From: Clostridia bacterium | Lineage (GTDB): Bacteria > Bacillota > Clostridia > Oscillospirales > CAG-272 | Assembly: GCA_017508605.1 (NCBI GenBank) | Contig: JAFVYN010000034.1 | Coordinates: 47 to 64,046 of the forward strand | DNA: 64,000 nt | Direction: 5' to 3' | In this document: in pieces, positions 25,423-34,653 of the stretch | Layout: every line of letters begins with the position of its first letter | How positions within the stretch are numbered: the first letter of the stretch is position 1 | Made by a program: the position numbers and the translations under genes | The notes under the pieces: model-generated | The model's input: only the letters and a program-made list of their open reading frames with translations | Databases searched by the model: none | What the model was told of the DNA's origin: nothing

Positions 25423-27426
25423 TTATTTCTCTTGCGAGCTCTTGGGGTCAAGAACGTCGCGAATGGTATCACCGATGATGTTAATGCTGATGGTCGCAAT
25501 GGCAAGGAAGATCGAGGGGAAGAGCCACTGCCACCAGTAGTTCTGGATGACGATCGAGTTGTTGGCGCCGTTGAGCATGTTACCCCAGGTAGGTCTGGGC
25601 TGCTGAACGCCGAAGCCGAGGTAAGACAGCGAGGATTCGGTCAGAAGGCATCCCGCAAAGTCGAGTGCCATCGAAACGAGAATGACCGAAATGATGTTGG
25701 GAAGAATGTGCTTGAAGGCGATCTTCGATTCCTTAACGCCCATGCTCTTGGCGGCGGTAACGAATTCCTTTTCTCTCTCGGCAAGCACCTGACCGCGGAT
25801 CATACGGGCAAGACCCGTCCACGACAGCACACCGAGAATGATCATGATAATGAAGATTCGCATGTTTTCCGAAATATCGTAGTTACGGATGACGTAGGAA
25901 AGCATCATCGCGAAGGGCAGGAAGGGGATCGCCGAGAAGATCTCGGTGATACGCATGAGAAGCATATCCACCCAGCCGCCGAAGTAACCCGAAAGACAGC
26001 CGATGATGATGGCGATGATCGAGGAGACGATGACCGCCACAGCGCCGACCGTCATGGTCATCTTACCGCCGTGGATGATACGCGTCAAAGTATCTCTGCC
26101 GCGGTTATCGGTACCGAAGGGGTAGCCGCGAAGACCGTAACTGTCCTCAAGCTCATAGCCCACACCGTTCTGATAGGAAGCGGGGGAAGACACGCCGGTG
26201 TCGTCATTCTTTTCGGCAAGATATGTCTGATACGAGCCGGCATATACCGCGTCGCACTCGACACCGTTGATCTTGGACTGACCGTAGTCATTGTGACCCC
26301 ATGCGTAAGCCTTGCCGGCATCTGTCAGAGCCACGAAGTGACGGGTACCCGAAACCAGGTTCACGACCTTTTCTCCTGCGGGGATCGTGGGAATTTTATC
26401 CTCATTATAACGGGAAGCCGACTGGACAAGAACTTCGCCGTCAGAAAGAAGGAAGCCGAAGCAGTTGTCGGTTGCCGTGATGTTCACAACCTTCTTGGTT
26501 GCGAGATAGCTTGTGAAATTCGAGACCTTCGTTCCCTTCGAAGAGGAAGCGGAAGCGAAGTTGAAGTAACCGCCCTCGCAGGCGATCGTGCCGTCCTTGA
26601 AGAGAACAACAGCGTAATAGTTCGAGAAGATGACCTCCTGAACGCCGGTGTATTCCTTCTTCAGCGTATCGGCAAGGTTGAGACATGCCGAGCCGTTGCC
26701 CCACATATAGAGCTTGCCGTCGATAACCAGCGCGGTAACCTGAAGACCGCAGGTGAGAGAATCGACCTTCGACACATCGATCGTGCCGTCGATCAGCTCC
26801 TTGGGCATACCGACAAGAGCGGGGTTGGCGGTGTTTTTGTTTTCACCGTACTGCGCAAGCGACTTGTCACCCCAGCCGACGATCTTACCGTCGGTGGTGA
26901 TGGCAATGATATGGTCACGGCCCGCAGCGGCATACGCCACGTTGCCCTCGGTGATCTCAGCGGGGAAATCCGCCATATCGACACCCGTCAGGGCATCCTC
27001 CGTCGCGCCCCATACATAGAGATTGTTATCGTTGGAAACGCCGACTGTGAAGTTTGAAAATCCGTTGATCGAACGAATATTGCCGCGAAGCGCGCGCGGA
27101 ACCGAGCGCATCGACATCACGGGAGCGAGATTCATCTGAAGGGGATCGGTGTAGTTCATATCCATCGGGAAGATAACGGGACCGACGAACACGAAGAGGA
27201 ACATCGCGATCAGAACACAGAGCGCCACGACCGCGATCTTTCTGCGGAAAAATGCCTTAACGGCGAGTTTGGAGGGGCTTTCGAGCTTTTCTACCTCAAA
27301 GATATCCTGATTGGCAAGATCCTTCGAAGCGCCCATGAACATACGGCGCGTCCAGTTCCAGAGAGTCTTACCGACACGAACGAAAACGTTATCGATCTTT
27401 TCATGCTTGTTAGAATTCTGATCCAT
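25423..27426 (-). CDS. ABC transporter permease (OppC-like) with a ~340-aa RCC1-like beta-propeller inserted in the first extracytoplasmic loop
   Basis: TM1 spans aa ~65-87. RCC1-type blades follow (NNLYVWGATEDALTG, GKIVGWGDKSLAQYG, GKLYMWGNGSACLN, GKAYAWGHNDYGQSK). The canonical OppC core then begins at PFGTDNRGRDTLTRIIHG and includes the EAA-loop region (AAKSMGVKESKIAFKHILPN). Confidence 0.8.
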   Translation of the reverse strand: MDQNSNKHEKIDNVFVRVGKTLWNWTRRMFMGASKDLANQDIFEVEKLESPSKLAVKAFFRRKIAVVALCVLIAMFLFVFVGPVIFPMDMNYTDPLQMNLAPVMSMRSVPRALRGNIRSINGFSNFTVGVSNDNNLYVWGATEDALTGVDMADFPAEITEGNVAYAAAGRDHIIAITTDGKIVGWGDKSLAQYGENKNTANPALVGMPKELIDGTIDVSKVDSLTCGLQVTALVIDGKLYMWGNGSACLNLADTLKKEYTGVQEVIFSNYYAVVLFKDGTIACEGGYFNFASASSSKGTKVSNFTSYLATKKVVNITATDNCFGFLLSDGEVLVQSASRYNEDKIPTIPAGEKVVNLVSGTRHFVALTDAGKAYAWGHNDYGQSKINGVECDAVYAGSYQTYLAEKNDDTGVSSPASYQNGVGYELEDSYGLRGYPFGTDNRGRDTLTRIIHGGKMTMTVGAVAVIVSSIIAIIIGCLSGYFGGWVDMLLMRITEIFSAIPFLPFAMMLSYVIRNYDISENMRIFIIMIILGVLSWTGLARMIRGQVLAEREKEFVTAAKSMGVKESKIAFKHILPNIISVILVSMALDFAGCLLTESSLSYLGFGVQQPRPTWGNMLNGANNSIVIQNYWWQWLFPSIFLAIATISINIIGDTIRDVLDPKSSQEK

Positions 27427-27438
27427 ATCGGCACCTCC

Positions 27439-28479
27439 TTACTTATTGACTCTGACGCGGGGATCAACGAAACCGTAAACGATATCAATGATCAGGTTGC
27501 CCGCAAGCGAAATAAAGATATAGAACATCTGCAATGCCAGAACGATCTCGTTGTCATTGTTCTGGAGTGCGTCATAATAGGTCTTACCAATGCCGTTGAG
27601 CGCAAAAATGTTCTCGATCATCAGAGAACCGCTGAAAATACTGAGGAACCAACCGATAACGAGGGTTACGATCGGAATCAGTGCGTTACGCCACGCATGG
27701 CTGTAAATGACGACCTTCTCACGAAGACCCTTGGCGCGCGCGGTACGGATGCAGTCCATCGACAGCGCTTCGATCATCGAGGCACGTACGTAACGGGTCA
27801 TGCCTCCGAGCGAAGTGAAGGTCATAACGATCAAAGGCAGACAGAGATGATACATTTTATCCCAGAACTTCTGCCACGAGGTCCAGCTATCGCTGCCCGC
27901 CGTCGCCATACCGCTGACCGGGAAGAGGTTAAGCACGACCGCGAACAGCCAGATAAAGACGATGGCAATGATGAAGGTCGGCAGGCTGAAGCCTACGATC
28001 GTACCGACCTGAACTGCGGTATCACGCTTACTGCCGCGCTTGACCGCGCAGAAGATACCGAGCGGAATGGTAATACCGAGCGCCAGAATGGTTGCGAAGA
28101 TGTTAAGGAAGATGGTATTCTTCATCGGCTCAACAAGAACCTCGCTGACGGGCTTGTTAAAGAGACGGGACTCACCGAGATTACCCTGAAGAAGGCCGTT
28201 AAAATAGCCCTTCTCCCCTTCCTTGGTGGGGGTATAACGGTAGACACCCAGCCATCTCAGATAGCGCTGGAAGATATTACCGTCGAGACCGTACTGCTTT
28301 TGCCAGAATTCATAGCGTTCGTCATAATTCAGTTCGCCCTTACTGCCCGAAACCTCTGCCTTGGCTTGCTCGGCAGCCTTGTCGACGGGAAGCATGTTGT
28401 AGATCAGATAAATCATCAGAGAGAGCAGCAAAAATACCACAAGGATATAGAAGAGTCTCTTCAGTATATATTTACCCAT
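27439..28479 (-). CDS. ABC transporter permease (OppB-like)
   Basis: The N-terminus MGKYILKRLFYILVVFLLL and the EAA-type loop (DCIRTARAKGLREKVVIYSHAWRNALIP) are typical of the binding-protein-dependent permease family. Confidence 0.9.
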   Translation of the reverse strand: MGKYILKRLFYILVVFLLLSLMIYLIYNMLPVDKAAEQAKAEVSGSKGELNYDERYEFWQKQYGLDGNIFQRYLRWLGVYRYTPTKEGEKGYFNGLLQGNLGESRLFNKPVSEVLVEPMKNTIFLNIFATILALGITIPLGIFCAVKRGSKRDTAVQVGTIVGFSLPTFIIAIVFIWLFAVVLNLFPVSGMATAGSDSWTSWQKFWDKMYHLCLPLIVMTFTSLGGMTRYVRASMIEALSMDCIRTARAKGLREKVVIYSHAWRNALIPIVTLVIGWFLSIFSGSLMIENIFALNGIGKTYYDALQNNDNEIVLALQMFYIFISLAGNLIIDIVYGFVDPRVRVNK

Positions 28480-28610
28480 AAAAAATCCTCCTTATTGGAC
28501 TTGTGAGGTTTTTGTGTCTGTGTCTTGTGAAAAAATAAGCAGATACTGCCGCAGATAGCACACTATCTGCTGGTTTTTTCACAAACACAAAATGGGGGAT
28601 AAAGTAGACA

Positions 28611-28645
28611 TAGGTAGGGACGGCAAATTGCCGGCCCTACCCACG
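28611..28645 (-). other. Intercistronic hairpin downstream of the binding-protein gene (possible attenuator/stabiliser)
   Basis: GTAGGGACGGCAA/TTGCCGGCCCTAC stem with one mismatch and no convincing U-tract. A second inverted repeat lies at ~28527-28583. Confidence 0.35.
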
Positions 28646-28695
28646 TCGTCGTTTATGTGAAAATTACAGTCATTCCGCCTTACGGCAGGAGTGAA

Positions 28696-30885
28696 TTAGT
28701 TGTAGTTTTCCCAGAAGTCAGCTTCATCAGCGATGAATGCCATCTGATACTGATCGTACATATCGGGATTGATGGTCCAGTTGAACGAATAGTCATAGAT
28801 AGCGCTGGTGAAACCGGTAGCAAAGTTAACTGCATTGAGCTTGGGAGTGCCGTCGTAGCCGTACTGCTCGTAACGGTAAAGTTCGCCGTAGAGACCGCCG
28901 TTGAAGTCGCATTCGGTGTAGGTGATGTACATGCCGATAGCGGTGGTTGCATTGGGGTTGGTCTGCCATGCGGTAACGAGCTGGTCAGTTACGTCGTTGG
29001 GCTGAGTGCCGTACCAGTTAATAGCGAGAGGCATGTAGTAGCTGCCATCGATCTTAACGGTCTTGTACTTGCTGTCGATAGACTTGAAATTGAGGTTGTC
29101 GGCGCTGAGTTCATAGCCGGAAAGCTTCTTGTAGCGGACTGCATCGGTTTCGGGGTTGAATTCTTCACCCTTTTCGTTGTAGATCCAGCCTGCATCGGTC
29201 AGAACCTTAATAGCGTTGTCAGAGGAGTAGGTGTACTGGTTGAGCTTGATCTCATCCTTAACTGCCTTGTAAGCAGCCGAACCAGTGTAGTAAGGACCGT
29301 GAACAACGGCACCGTAACCGCCGGTGAAGGTAGCTGCGAATTCAGGACGGTTGATGGTGTACATAATAGCCTGACGTACTTCAACCATCGAGGTAGGACC
29401 GTAGTCGGAACGGAAGCCGAGCTTACCGTAACCTGCGCGGTCATAGTGAGTTTCCTTGAACTTGCCGTTGGACTCTTCAACGATCTTAAGAGCGTTCTTG
29501 GTGTCGGTACCACCGGTAATGCCGGCAACGACGTCAAGCTCACCCTTGGTGAACATATCCATCTGAGTTTCGGAAACCTGCTTGATATAAATGATCTTGT
29601 CGATCGAAGCCTTGCCGCGAACGTCCTTGGTGTAGTTGGGGTTCAGGGTAAGGGTAGCGGTAAGGGTGGACTCATCGTAGTTGGAAACTACGTAGGGACC
29701 GGACCAGGGAAGGTTCGAGTTCCACTTGAGGTTATCAAGAATCTGAGCTGCAGTCTTGTAGGAGGTCTTGCCGTCCTTTTCTTCGGTAGCGTAGAAAGCT
29801 GCGTTGAGACCGCAAGCCTTGGTGGTCTCGTTAACAACGATGTCGCCTTCGCCGAGGTAGAGAGCAAGGGGCGTGGGGCTGAAGCTTGCATAGCTCATGG
29901 TGTAGTAGTAACCTGCGTAGTCGGCGGTGAAGGTTACGGAGAAGGTGTAATCGTCGATCAGCTTAACGCCGTCAAAGTAAACGGTTTCGCCTTCGCCGGT
30001 GTAAGCGTTGAATGCTTTAAAGCCAACGAGCTGGAGACCGCTGGTGCCGGAAGCGCCTGCTTCAACAACAACGGGAGTGGAGTTTGCAAGAAGAGAAGCG
30101 ATGTAGTTCTTAGCGTTGATAGCGGAGCCATCGGAGAACTTGAGATCGCTCTTTACCTTGATGGTGTAGGTGAGGGTGCCGTCTTCGTTGGTGGTAGCAA
30201 CAGGAACAGCTTCAAGAGCGTCCATGTTCCAAACGAGAGCGCCGTCCATGTTGGTCTGTACGGTTGCATAACCGCTGGTGAGGTTTTCGATGTCGAGGTC
30301 GGACGAGCCGGGCGACGACTTACCGAAGGAAGAGCTTCTGAAAGCACCGGAAAGGTCGGTCGAAGAACCGAGAATTACCTGGGTGTTTTCGCCTTCGATG
30401 GTAGCTGCGATGACAGCATCAGCAGGAGACCAATAGGGGGTGGTGATGAAGTTTGCGATCTTACCGTTGTAAAGATCGAAATACTGGTTGGAATACAGCG
30501 GGATCTCAGGGCAGAGATAGTTCCATCTCTGGATGTAAAGCTTCCACCACTCGTTGTAAACGTCCTCGCTGGACTGGTAAGCGGAGTTGCCTTCGGGAAC
30601 CTGGGTGTTGTAAACCATTGCCATGGAGAGGAAGTCCATACCGAGTGTATAGGTCTTGCCTTCTACTTCAACGGTAGCGATGCCGTTAGCATCTTCCTTA
30701 ACCATGTCGATCGTTACCTTACTGCCGATCTTATCATAAACGGAAGTAAAGTCAGAATGTGCGACGGCGTCAGCAGGATCGATTTCCTGGTATTCTACTT
30801 CTTTGCTGCAGCTTGCGAGAAGAGCAACAGAGCCAAGAACGAGAACGATAGCCATCACAAGGGAAAGAATTCTGGTCTTTCTCAT
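28696..30885 (-). CDS. ABC transporter substrate-binding lipoprotein (family 5, peptide/nickel type), unusually long at 729 aa
   Basis: Lipobox VALLASC. It is the first gene of the operon, and its size and composition fit an extended SBP_bac_5 family member. Confidence 0.85.
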   Translation of the reverse strand: MRKTRILSLVMAIVLVLGSVALLASCSKEVEYQEIDPADAVAHSDFTSVYDKIGSKVTIDMVKEDANGIATVEVEGKTYTLGMDFLSMAMVYNTQVPEGNSAYQSSEDVYNEWWKLYIQRWNYLCPEIPLYSNQYFDLYNGKIANFITTPYWSPADAVIAATIEGENTQVILGSSTDLSGAFRSSSFGKSSPGSSDLDIENLTSGYATVQTNMDGALVWNMDALEAVPVATTNEDGTLTYTIKVKSDLKFSDGSAINAKNYIASLLANSTPVVVEAGASGTSGLQLVGFKAFNAYTGEGETVYFDGVKLIDDYTFSVTFTADYAGYYYTMSYASFSPTPLALYLGEGDIVVNETTKACGLNAAFYATEEKDGKTSYKTAAQILDNLKWNSNLPWSGPYVVSNYDESTLTATLTLNPNYTKDVRGKASIDKIIYIKQVSETQMDMFTKGELDVVAGITGGTDTKNALKIVEESNGKFKETHYDRAGYGKLGFRSDYGPTSMVEVRQAIMYTINRPEFAATFTGGYGAVVHGPYYTGSAAYKAVKDEIKLNQYTYSSDNAIKVLTDAGWIYNEKGEEFNPETDAVRYKKLSGYELSADNLNFKSIDSKYKTVKIDGSYYMPLAINWYGTQPNDVTDQLVTAWQTNPNATTAIGMYITYTECDFNGGLYGELYRYEQYGYDGTPKLNAVNFATGFTSAIYDYSFNWTINPDMYDQYQMAFIADEADFWENYN

Positions 30886-31156
30886 GAGAATAATCCTCCA
30901 ATAATTTTTTTATATATCAGCCCTTGCGGGCATATATATACGGAATCTGAAGACCGCTGTTTTTGAGAATAACAAAGCCACGGTCATCATTCCTTCGGCG
31001 GCGAACAGTGTTCGGGCGAGCTGATGCTTTTTTTCGAAGGGTATGAAAACCGCACGTGTTTGTTTTTCATTATGATGCAGCGGTAAGAATGAGGTCTCTT
31101 CGACAAAAATTTTGCAAATGCATAAAAAAATGAATGTCTTACGAAACCGCTCTACT

Positions 31157-31185
31157 ATTATAAACACGTTTTTTCATTTTGTCAA
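31157..31185 (-). promoter_or_regulatory. Consensus sigma-A promoter (TTGACA-17-TATAAT) for the ABC importer operon
   Basis: Reverse strand reads TTGACA (31185-31180), a 17-nt spacer, then TATAAT (31162-31157). This implies a ~265-nt 5' UTR before the ATG at 30885. Confidence 0.65.
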
Positions 31186-31393
31186 GGGTAAATTCCGATT
31201 TTTTTGCCTAAATCTGCCATTTTCCACAATATTTTAAACTCTGTCATTTAACATATTTCACGAACTTGTATCAATTCCGACCGACTTTGTAAAGAATGTT
31301 TACTTTTCAAACCCTTTTTGATACAGTTTTGTGCATTGTGCCGAATTGTTTTTTCTTAATTTTATAGTTTTTGTGCATTTTTCCATTTTTGCA

Positions 31394-31429
31394 TAAAAAA
31401 TACAGTATGCATTGATTTTTTGCATACTG
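31394..31429 (-). terminator. Rho-independent terminator of the HAD hydrolase gene
   Basis: Reverse strand reads CAGTATGCA-(9 nt)-TGCATACTG followed by TATTTTTTAT. Confidence 0.65.
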
Positions 31430-31446
31430 CTCACAATTTAAATTAT

Positions 31447-31524
31447 TTTGGCATATCGCAAAAGATTCAAAATATTTTTTGAAGTAATGCAAAACATACT
31501 GTTCTGACTTTGCGATATGCCAAA
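31447..31524. repeat. Perfect 16-bp inverted repeat separated by 46 nt in an AT-rich intergenic region
   Basis: TTTGGCATATCGCAAA (31447-31462) pairs with TTTGCGATATGCCAAA (31509-31524). Confidence 0.8.
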
Positions 31525-31536
31525 TTATTTTCGAAA

Positions 31537-32184
31537 TCAAACCGTTAAAATTACCGAGGTCAACTCTTTACAGGAGTTCACAGTGATCTCCGCACCGGCG
31601 CGGTTCAGCTCCTTAAGGCTGCCAAAGCCATATCCCACACCGATTGCGGCAAGACCCACCTTGTGCGCGCCCTCGATATCGTAAAAACGGTCACCGACCA
31701 TCACCGATTCCTCAGCACGGATTCCTGCTTTTTCGAGAAGGAAGGTAATAACCTCCTCCTTATCGTCCCTGCCCTTGGGAATGAGCGACCCCGTGATCTC
31801 GGTAAAATAGTCGCGGATGCCCGCCTTTTCAAGGATCTTTTCGGCATAGACCTCGGGCTTCGAGGTTGCGAGATAACAGCGTCTGCCCGATGCCGTCAGC
31901 TTCTTGAGCATCGTCTCGACCCCGGGATAGAGCGTGAATTCAAACATACCCGTAGGCGAGTAATACTCACGGTAGAGCGCCACCGCCCTGACAGCATCCT
32001 CCTCGCTCATGCCGATATACTCCTGAAAGGAATACACCAGCGGCGGACCGAGAAAGCGCATCAGAACCTTTTCCTCAGGCATGGCAATGCCCATTTTGTC
32101 AAGTGCGTAATGAATCGAATGAAAGATGCCTGCCTTCGAATCAACAAGCGTGCCGTCAAGATCGAATAAAATATTCCGGATCAT
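31537..32184 (-). CDS. HAD-superfamily hydrolase (phosphoglycolate-phosphatase-like, subfamily IA)
   Basis: Motif I is ILFDLDGTLVDS, followed by ..ATSK.. and a C-terminal VGDRFYDIEGA. Confidence 0.85.
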   Translation of the reverse strand: MIRNILFDLDGTLVDSKAGIFHSIHYALDKMGIAMPEEKVLMRFLGPPLVYSFQEYIGMSEEDAVRAVALYREYYSPTGMFEFTLYPGVETMLKKLTASGRRCYLATSKPEVYAEKILEKAGIRDYFTEITGSLIPKGRDDKEEVITFLLEKAGIRAEESVMVGDRFYDIEGAHKVGLAAIGVGYGFGSLKELNRAGAEITVNSCKELTSVILTV

Positions 32185-32222
32185 CGTTTTTCTTCCTTAA
32201 TTATATATTTGTCTGATAAAAA

Positions 32223-32450
32223 TCAGTGATGATAGTCCTTCATCACCTGCGTATAGGTCTCATAGCGTGCGCGATAGTGAAAATACTCCTTTTCCTTCAG
32301 CTTGCCCTCGCGGTAAAGCTCTTCCACGCGCACGCCGAGCTTTTTTCTCGCCTCATGCGCGGTGCTTTTGTAATTGTTTTCAAGATTGACGTCAATCTCG
32401 AAAATGATAGCGTCAAGCTCCCTGACGGCTTTGGAACGAAACCATTTCAT
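32223..32450 (-). CDS. Hypothetical small helical protein
   Basis: 75 aa, starting 4 nt after the topB stop. No motif recognised. Confidence 0.45.
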   Translation of the reverse strand: MKWFRSKAVRELDAIIFEIDVNLENNYKSTAHEARKKLGVRVEELYREGKLKEKEYFHYRARYETYTQVMKDYHH

Positions 32451-32453
32451 CGC

Positions 32454-34568
32454 TTATCCTCCTTGCGGATATTTCGGGGGAAATTCAAACCGCACTCTGC
32501 CCTCTTTGATGACGAGCCTTGCCGTAAAGGGCTTTCCTGCCCGCGAGATGAAATCCTCGCGGTATTCGGTTGCCTCTCCCGACAGAAGTGCCACAAGCTC
32601 CTTCTCGTCGATCGCATGCCGGCAGATGGTCTTTGGGATCGAAAGATCACATCCCTTGGCACTGCACGCCCACCCAAGCTCCGTCACCTTGACAGCCTTG
32701 GCGCAAAGCGGACATTTTCCTACCTCGCCACCGGTAAAAGTGCCCTTTTCTCTGGGCTTGTATGCCCGTTCAATATAGACACCGCGGTGCGAAAAGATCT
32801 CCGCGATCTCCTTTTGCGCCAGCGTCACCGATTCCGCGATCGTACTCTCGCCGCGGTACACACGCTTGAGCGACTTACCAAGCTCCGCTGTCTTGTATTT
32901 ATCCATTGAGATCATCATCTTCTGAAGTGTCTCGATCAGATACTTGCCATCGGGCAGAATGGTGTAAACGTTATTCTTCAGTAAAATATATTCCGATTTG
33001 CGTGCATTGTCAATAATGCCCGTGCGCGTGGCTTCGGTGCCAAGCTCAAGACCCTCGAAGACCGCGCGGTATTCCTCGCTGTCATCGTCATCGGCAAGCT
33101 GCGCCTTGTCCTCGCGGAAGGGATTCTTGAGATAATTGTTCAGTGTCTCAATGGTATAATGCTTGGGAGGCGAGGTCTTCTTAACGGTGGGCTTGAAGAT
33201 ATGATTGACAAGGTCGCCTTTTTCAAGAGGGGGCAGGATCTTGTCCTTGCCCGAATAATCGTCGTATTCGGTCCAGCCCTTTTCGAGCATTGTCATCCCC
33301 TTCAGGGTAAAGGTCTCACATCCCACAACATCAATGACGATCTCGGTGCGCTGAACAAGACAGTCCTTTTCGCAAAAGACTGCCACAAAACGGCGGAATA
33401 CCGCCGAATAGACCTGAAATTCCTTTTCGGTCAGCTTATCCTTACCGGGGATCTTGTGCGTCGGGGTAATCGCCGAGTGCGATTCGATCTTGCTGTCGTC
33501 AAAGATCGTCTTCGCGTTCTTCATCACCACGGGATAGCCCATGTTTTTGATGATGCCGAGGATCTTTGCCACCTTGTCCTTTTCCGCCGTCGCGAGATAC
33601 TCCGAGTTTGTTCTCGGATAGGTAAGATAGCCCGCCTCATACAGCTTCTGAACGATTTCAAGCGACTCGGTCATCGACATTTTATATTTTTTACCGAGAA
33701 AGCTCTGTAGCTTCGAAAGAGAATACAGCTTGCCTGCCGACAGCTTGTCCTTTTTCCGCTTGACCGATACGACTCTCGCCTCGGCGGCGTTATAGCGCTC
33801 ACACATGGCTTCGGCATCGCCCACACGGTCGGAATCAAACTGCTCCTTGGAGACAAGCTCGACAGGAGCGCCCTTCGTTTCCTCCTGAGAGGCAATGGTA
33901 TAATATTCGCGGGGTACGAAATTCTCGATTTCCATGTCCCTGTCATAGATCGCCTTGACGATCGGCACCACCACTCTGCCCACACGGAGAAGCTTTCCGG
34001 TCTTGATGGTGGCGTAGCGCGTGAGATTGATGCCGTACAGCCAGTCGATATAGGTACGCGCAAAGCCCTCGTTGGCGAGATTCTCGTATTCTGCCTCATC
34101 CTTCAGCTCCCTCAGAGCCTGCGCCACTGTCTCAGGTGTCTGGTCGGGCAGCCAGAGTCTCTTCAGCTTCTTGCCCGCCACCCCCGATTTGATCATGCAA
34201 AGACGCACGATGATCTCTCCCTCGCGGTCGGCGTCCCCCGCATTGATCACGGTATCGACATCAGGACGGCGACAGAGTGAGCGGATAATCGAAAATTGCC
34301 GCACAACGCCCTCGTCGCCTCCGCGAAGCACGTACTTGAACTGCTGCGGAAAGCAAGGGAGATTGTCAAGCGTCCATTTGGGCTTATCTCCGGGCTTATA
34401 ATCGGGATCAAAGTACGCCTCTGCGTCGGCAAGAGAAAAAAGATGACCAAACGCCCAGGTAATGAGGTATTCACTGTTTTCAAGATATCCCTGTCGGTTC
34501 CGGAATTCGCCGATCCCTGCCGCGATGTTTCTGGCAAGCGATGGTTTTTCCGCAATGATCAGCTTCAT
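32454..34568 (-). CDS. topB: DNA topoisomerase III with C-terminal zinc-ribbon region
   Basis: TOPRIM start MKLIIAEKPSLARNIA, then DADREGE, then the type IA core. The C-terminus has Cys-containing ribbons (GKCPLCAKAV..WACSAKGC). The ATG at 34568 has GGAGAAGAG upstream; the track start at 34595 adds 9 aa. Confidence 0.9.
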   Translation of the reverse strand: MKLIIAEKPSLARNIAAGIGEFRNRQGYLENSEYLITWAFGHLFSLADAEAYFDPDYKPGDKPKWTLDNLPCFPQQFKYVLRGGDEGVVRQFSIIRSLCRRPDVDTVINAGDADREGEIIVRLCMIKSGVAGKKLKRLWLPDQTPETVAQALRELKDEAEYENLANEGFARTYIDWLYGINLTRYATIKTGKLLRVGRVVVPIVKAIYDRDMEIENFVPREYYTIASQEETKGAPVELVSKEQFDSDRVGDAEAMCERYNAAEARVVSVKRKKDKLSAGKLYSLSKLQSFLGKKYKMSMTESLEIVQKLYEAGYLTYPRTNSEYLATAEKDKVAKILGIIKNMGYPVVMKNAKTIFDDSKIESHSAITPTHKIPGKDKLTEKEFQVYSAVFRRFVAVFCEKDCLVQRTEIVIDVVGCETFTLKGMTMLEKGWTEYDDYSGKDKILPPLEKGDLVNHIFKPTVKKTSPPKHYTIETLNNYLKNPFREDKAQLADDDDSEEYRAVFEGLELGTEATRTGIIDNARKSEYILLKNNVYTILPDGKYLIETLQKMMISMDKYKTAELGKSLKRVYRGESTIAESVTLAQKEIAEIFSHRGVYIERAYKPREKGTFTGGEVGKCPLCAKAVKVTELGWACSAKGCDLSIPKTICRHAIDEKELVALLSGEATEYREDFISRAGKPFTARLVIKEGRVRFEFPPKYPQGG

Positions 34569-34653
34569 TCTCTTCTCCTTTCTGTCAGTTTCCAAGGTAT
34601 ATTGTCAACCGTCCGTTGCCGATTGATTCAAAATGTAAACCGATCGTTGCTTT

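Noticed and set aside
30910-31167. An 85-aa ORF covering the importer leader region.
   Set aside because: It would start upstream of the -10 element of the only good promoter, it has no RBS, and its sequence is hydrophobic and low-complexity. It is more likely 5' UTR.
31307-31540. A 77-aa ORF in the AT-rich intergenic region.
   Set aside because: Its Lys/Ile/Asn/Phe-rich translation reflects AT-rich DNA. It overlaps the HAD terminator and the 16-bp inverted repeat, and it has no RBS. I treat the region as non-coding.
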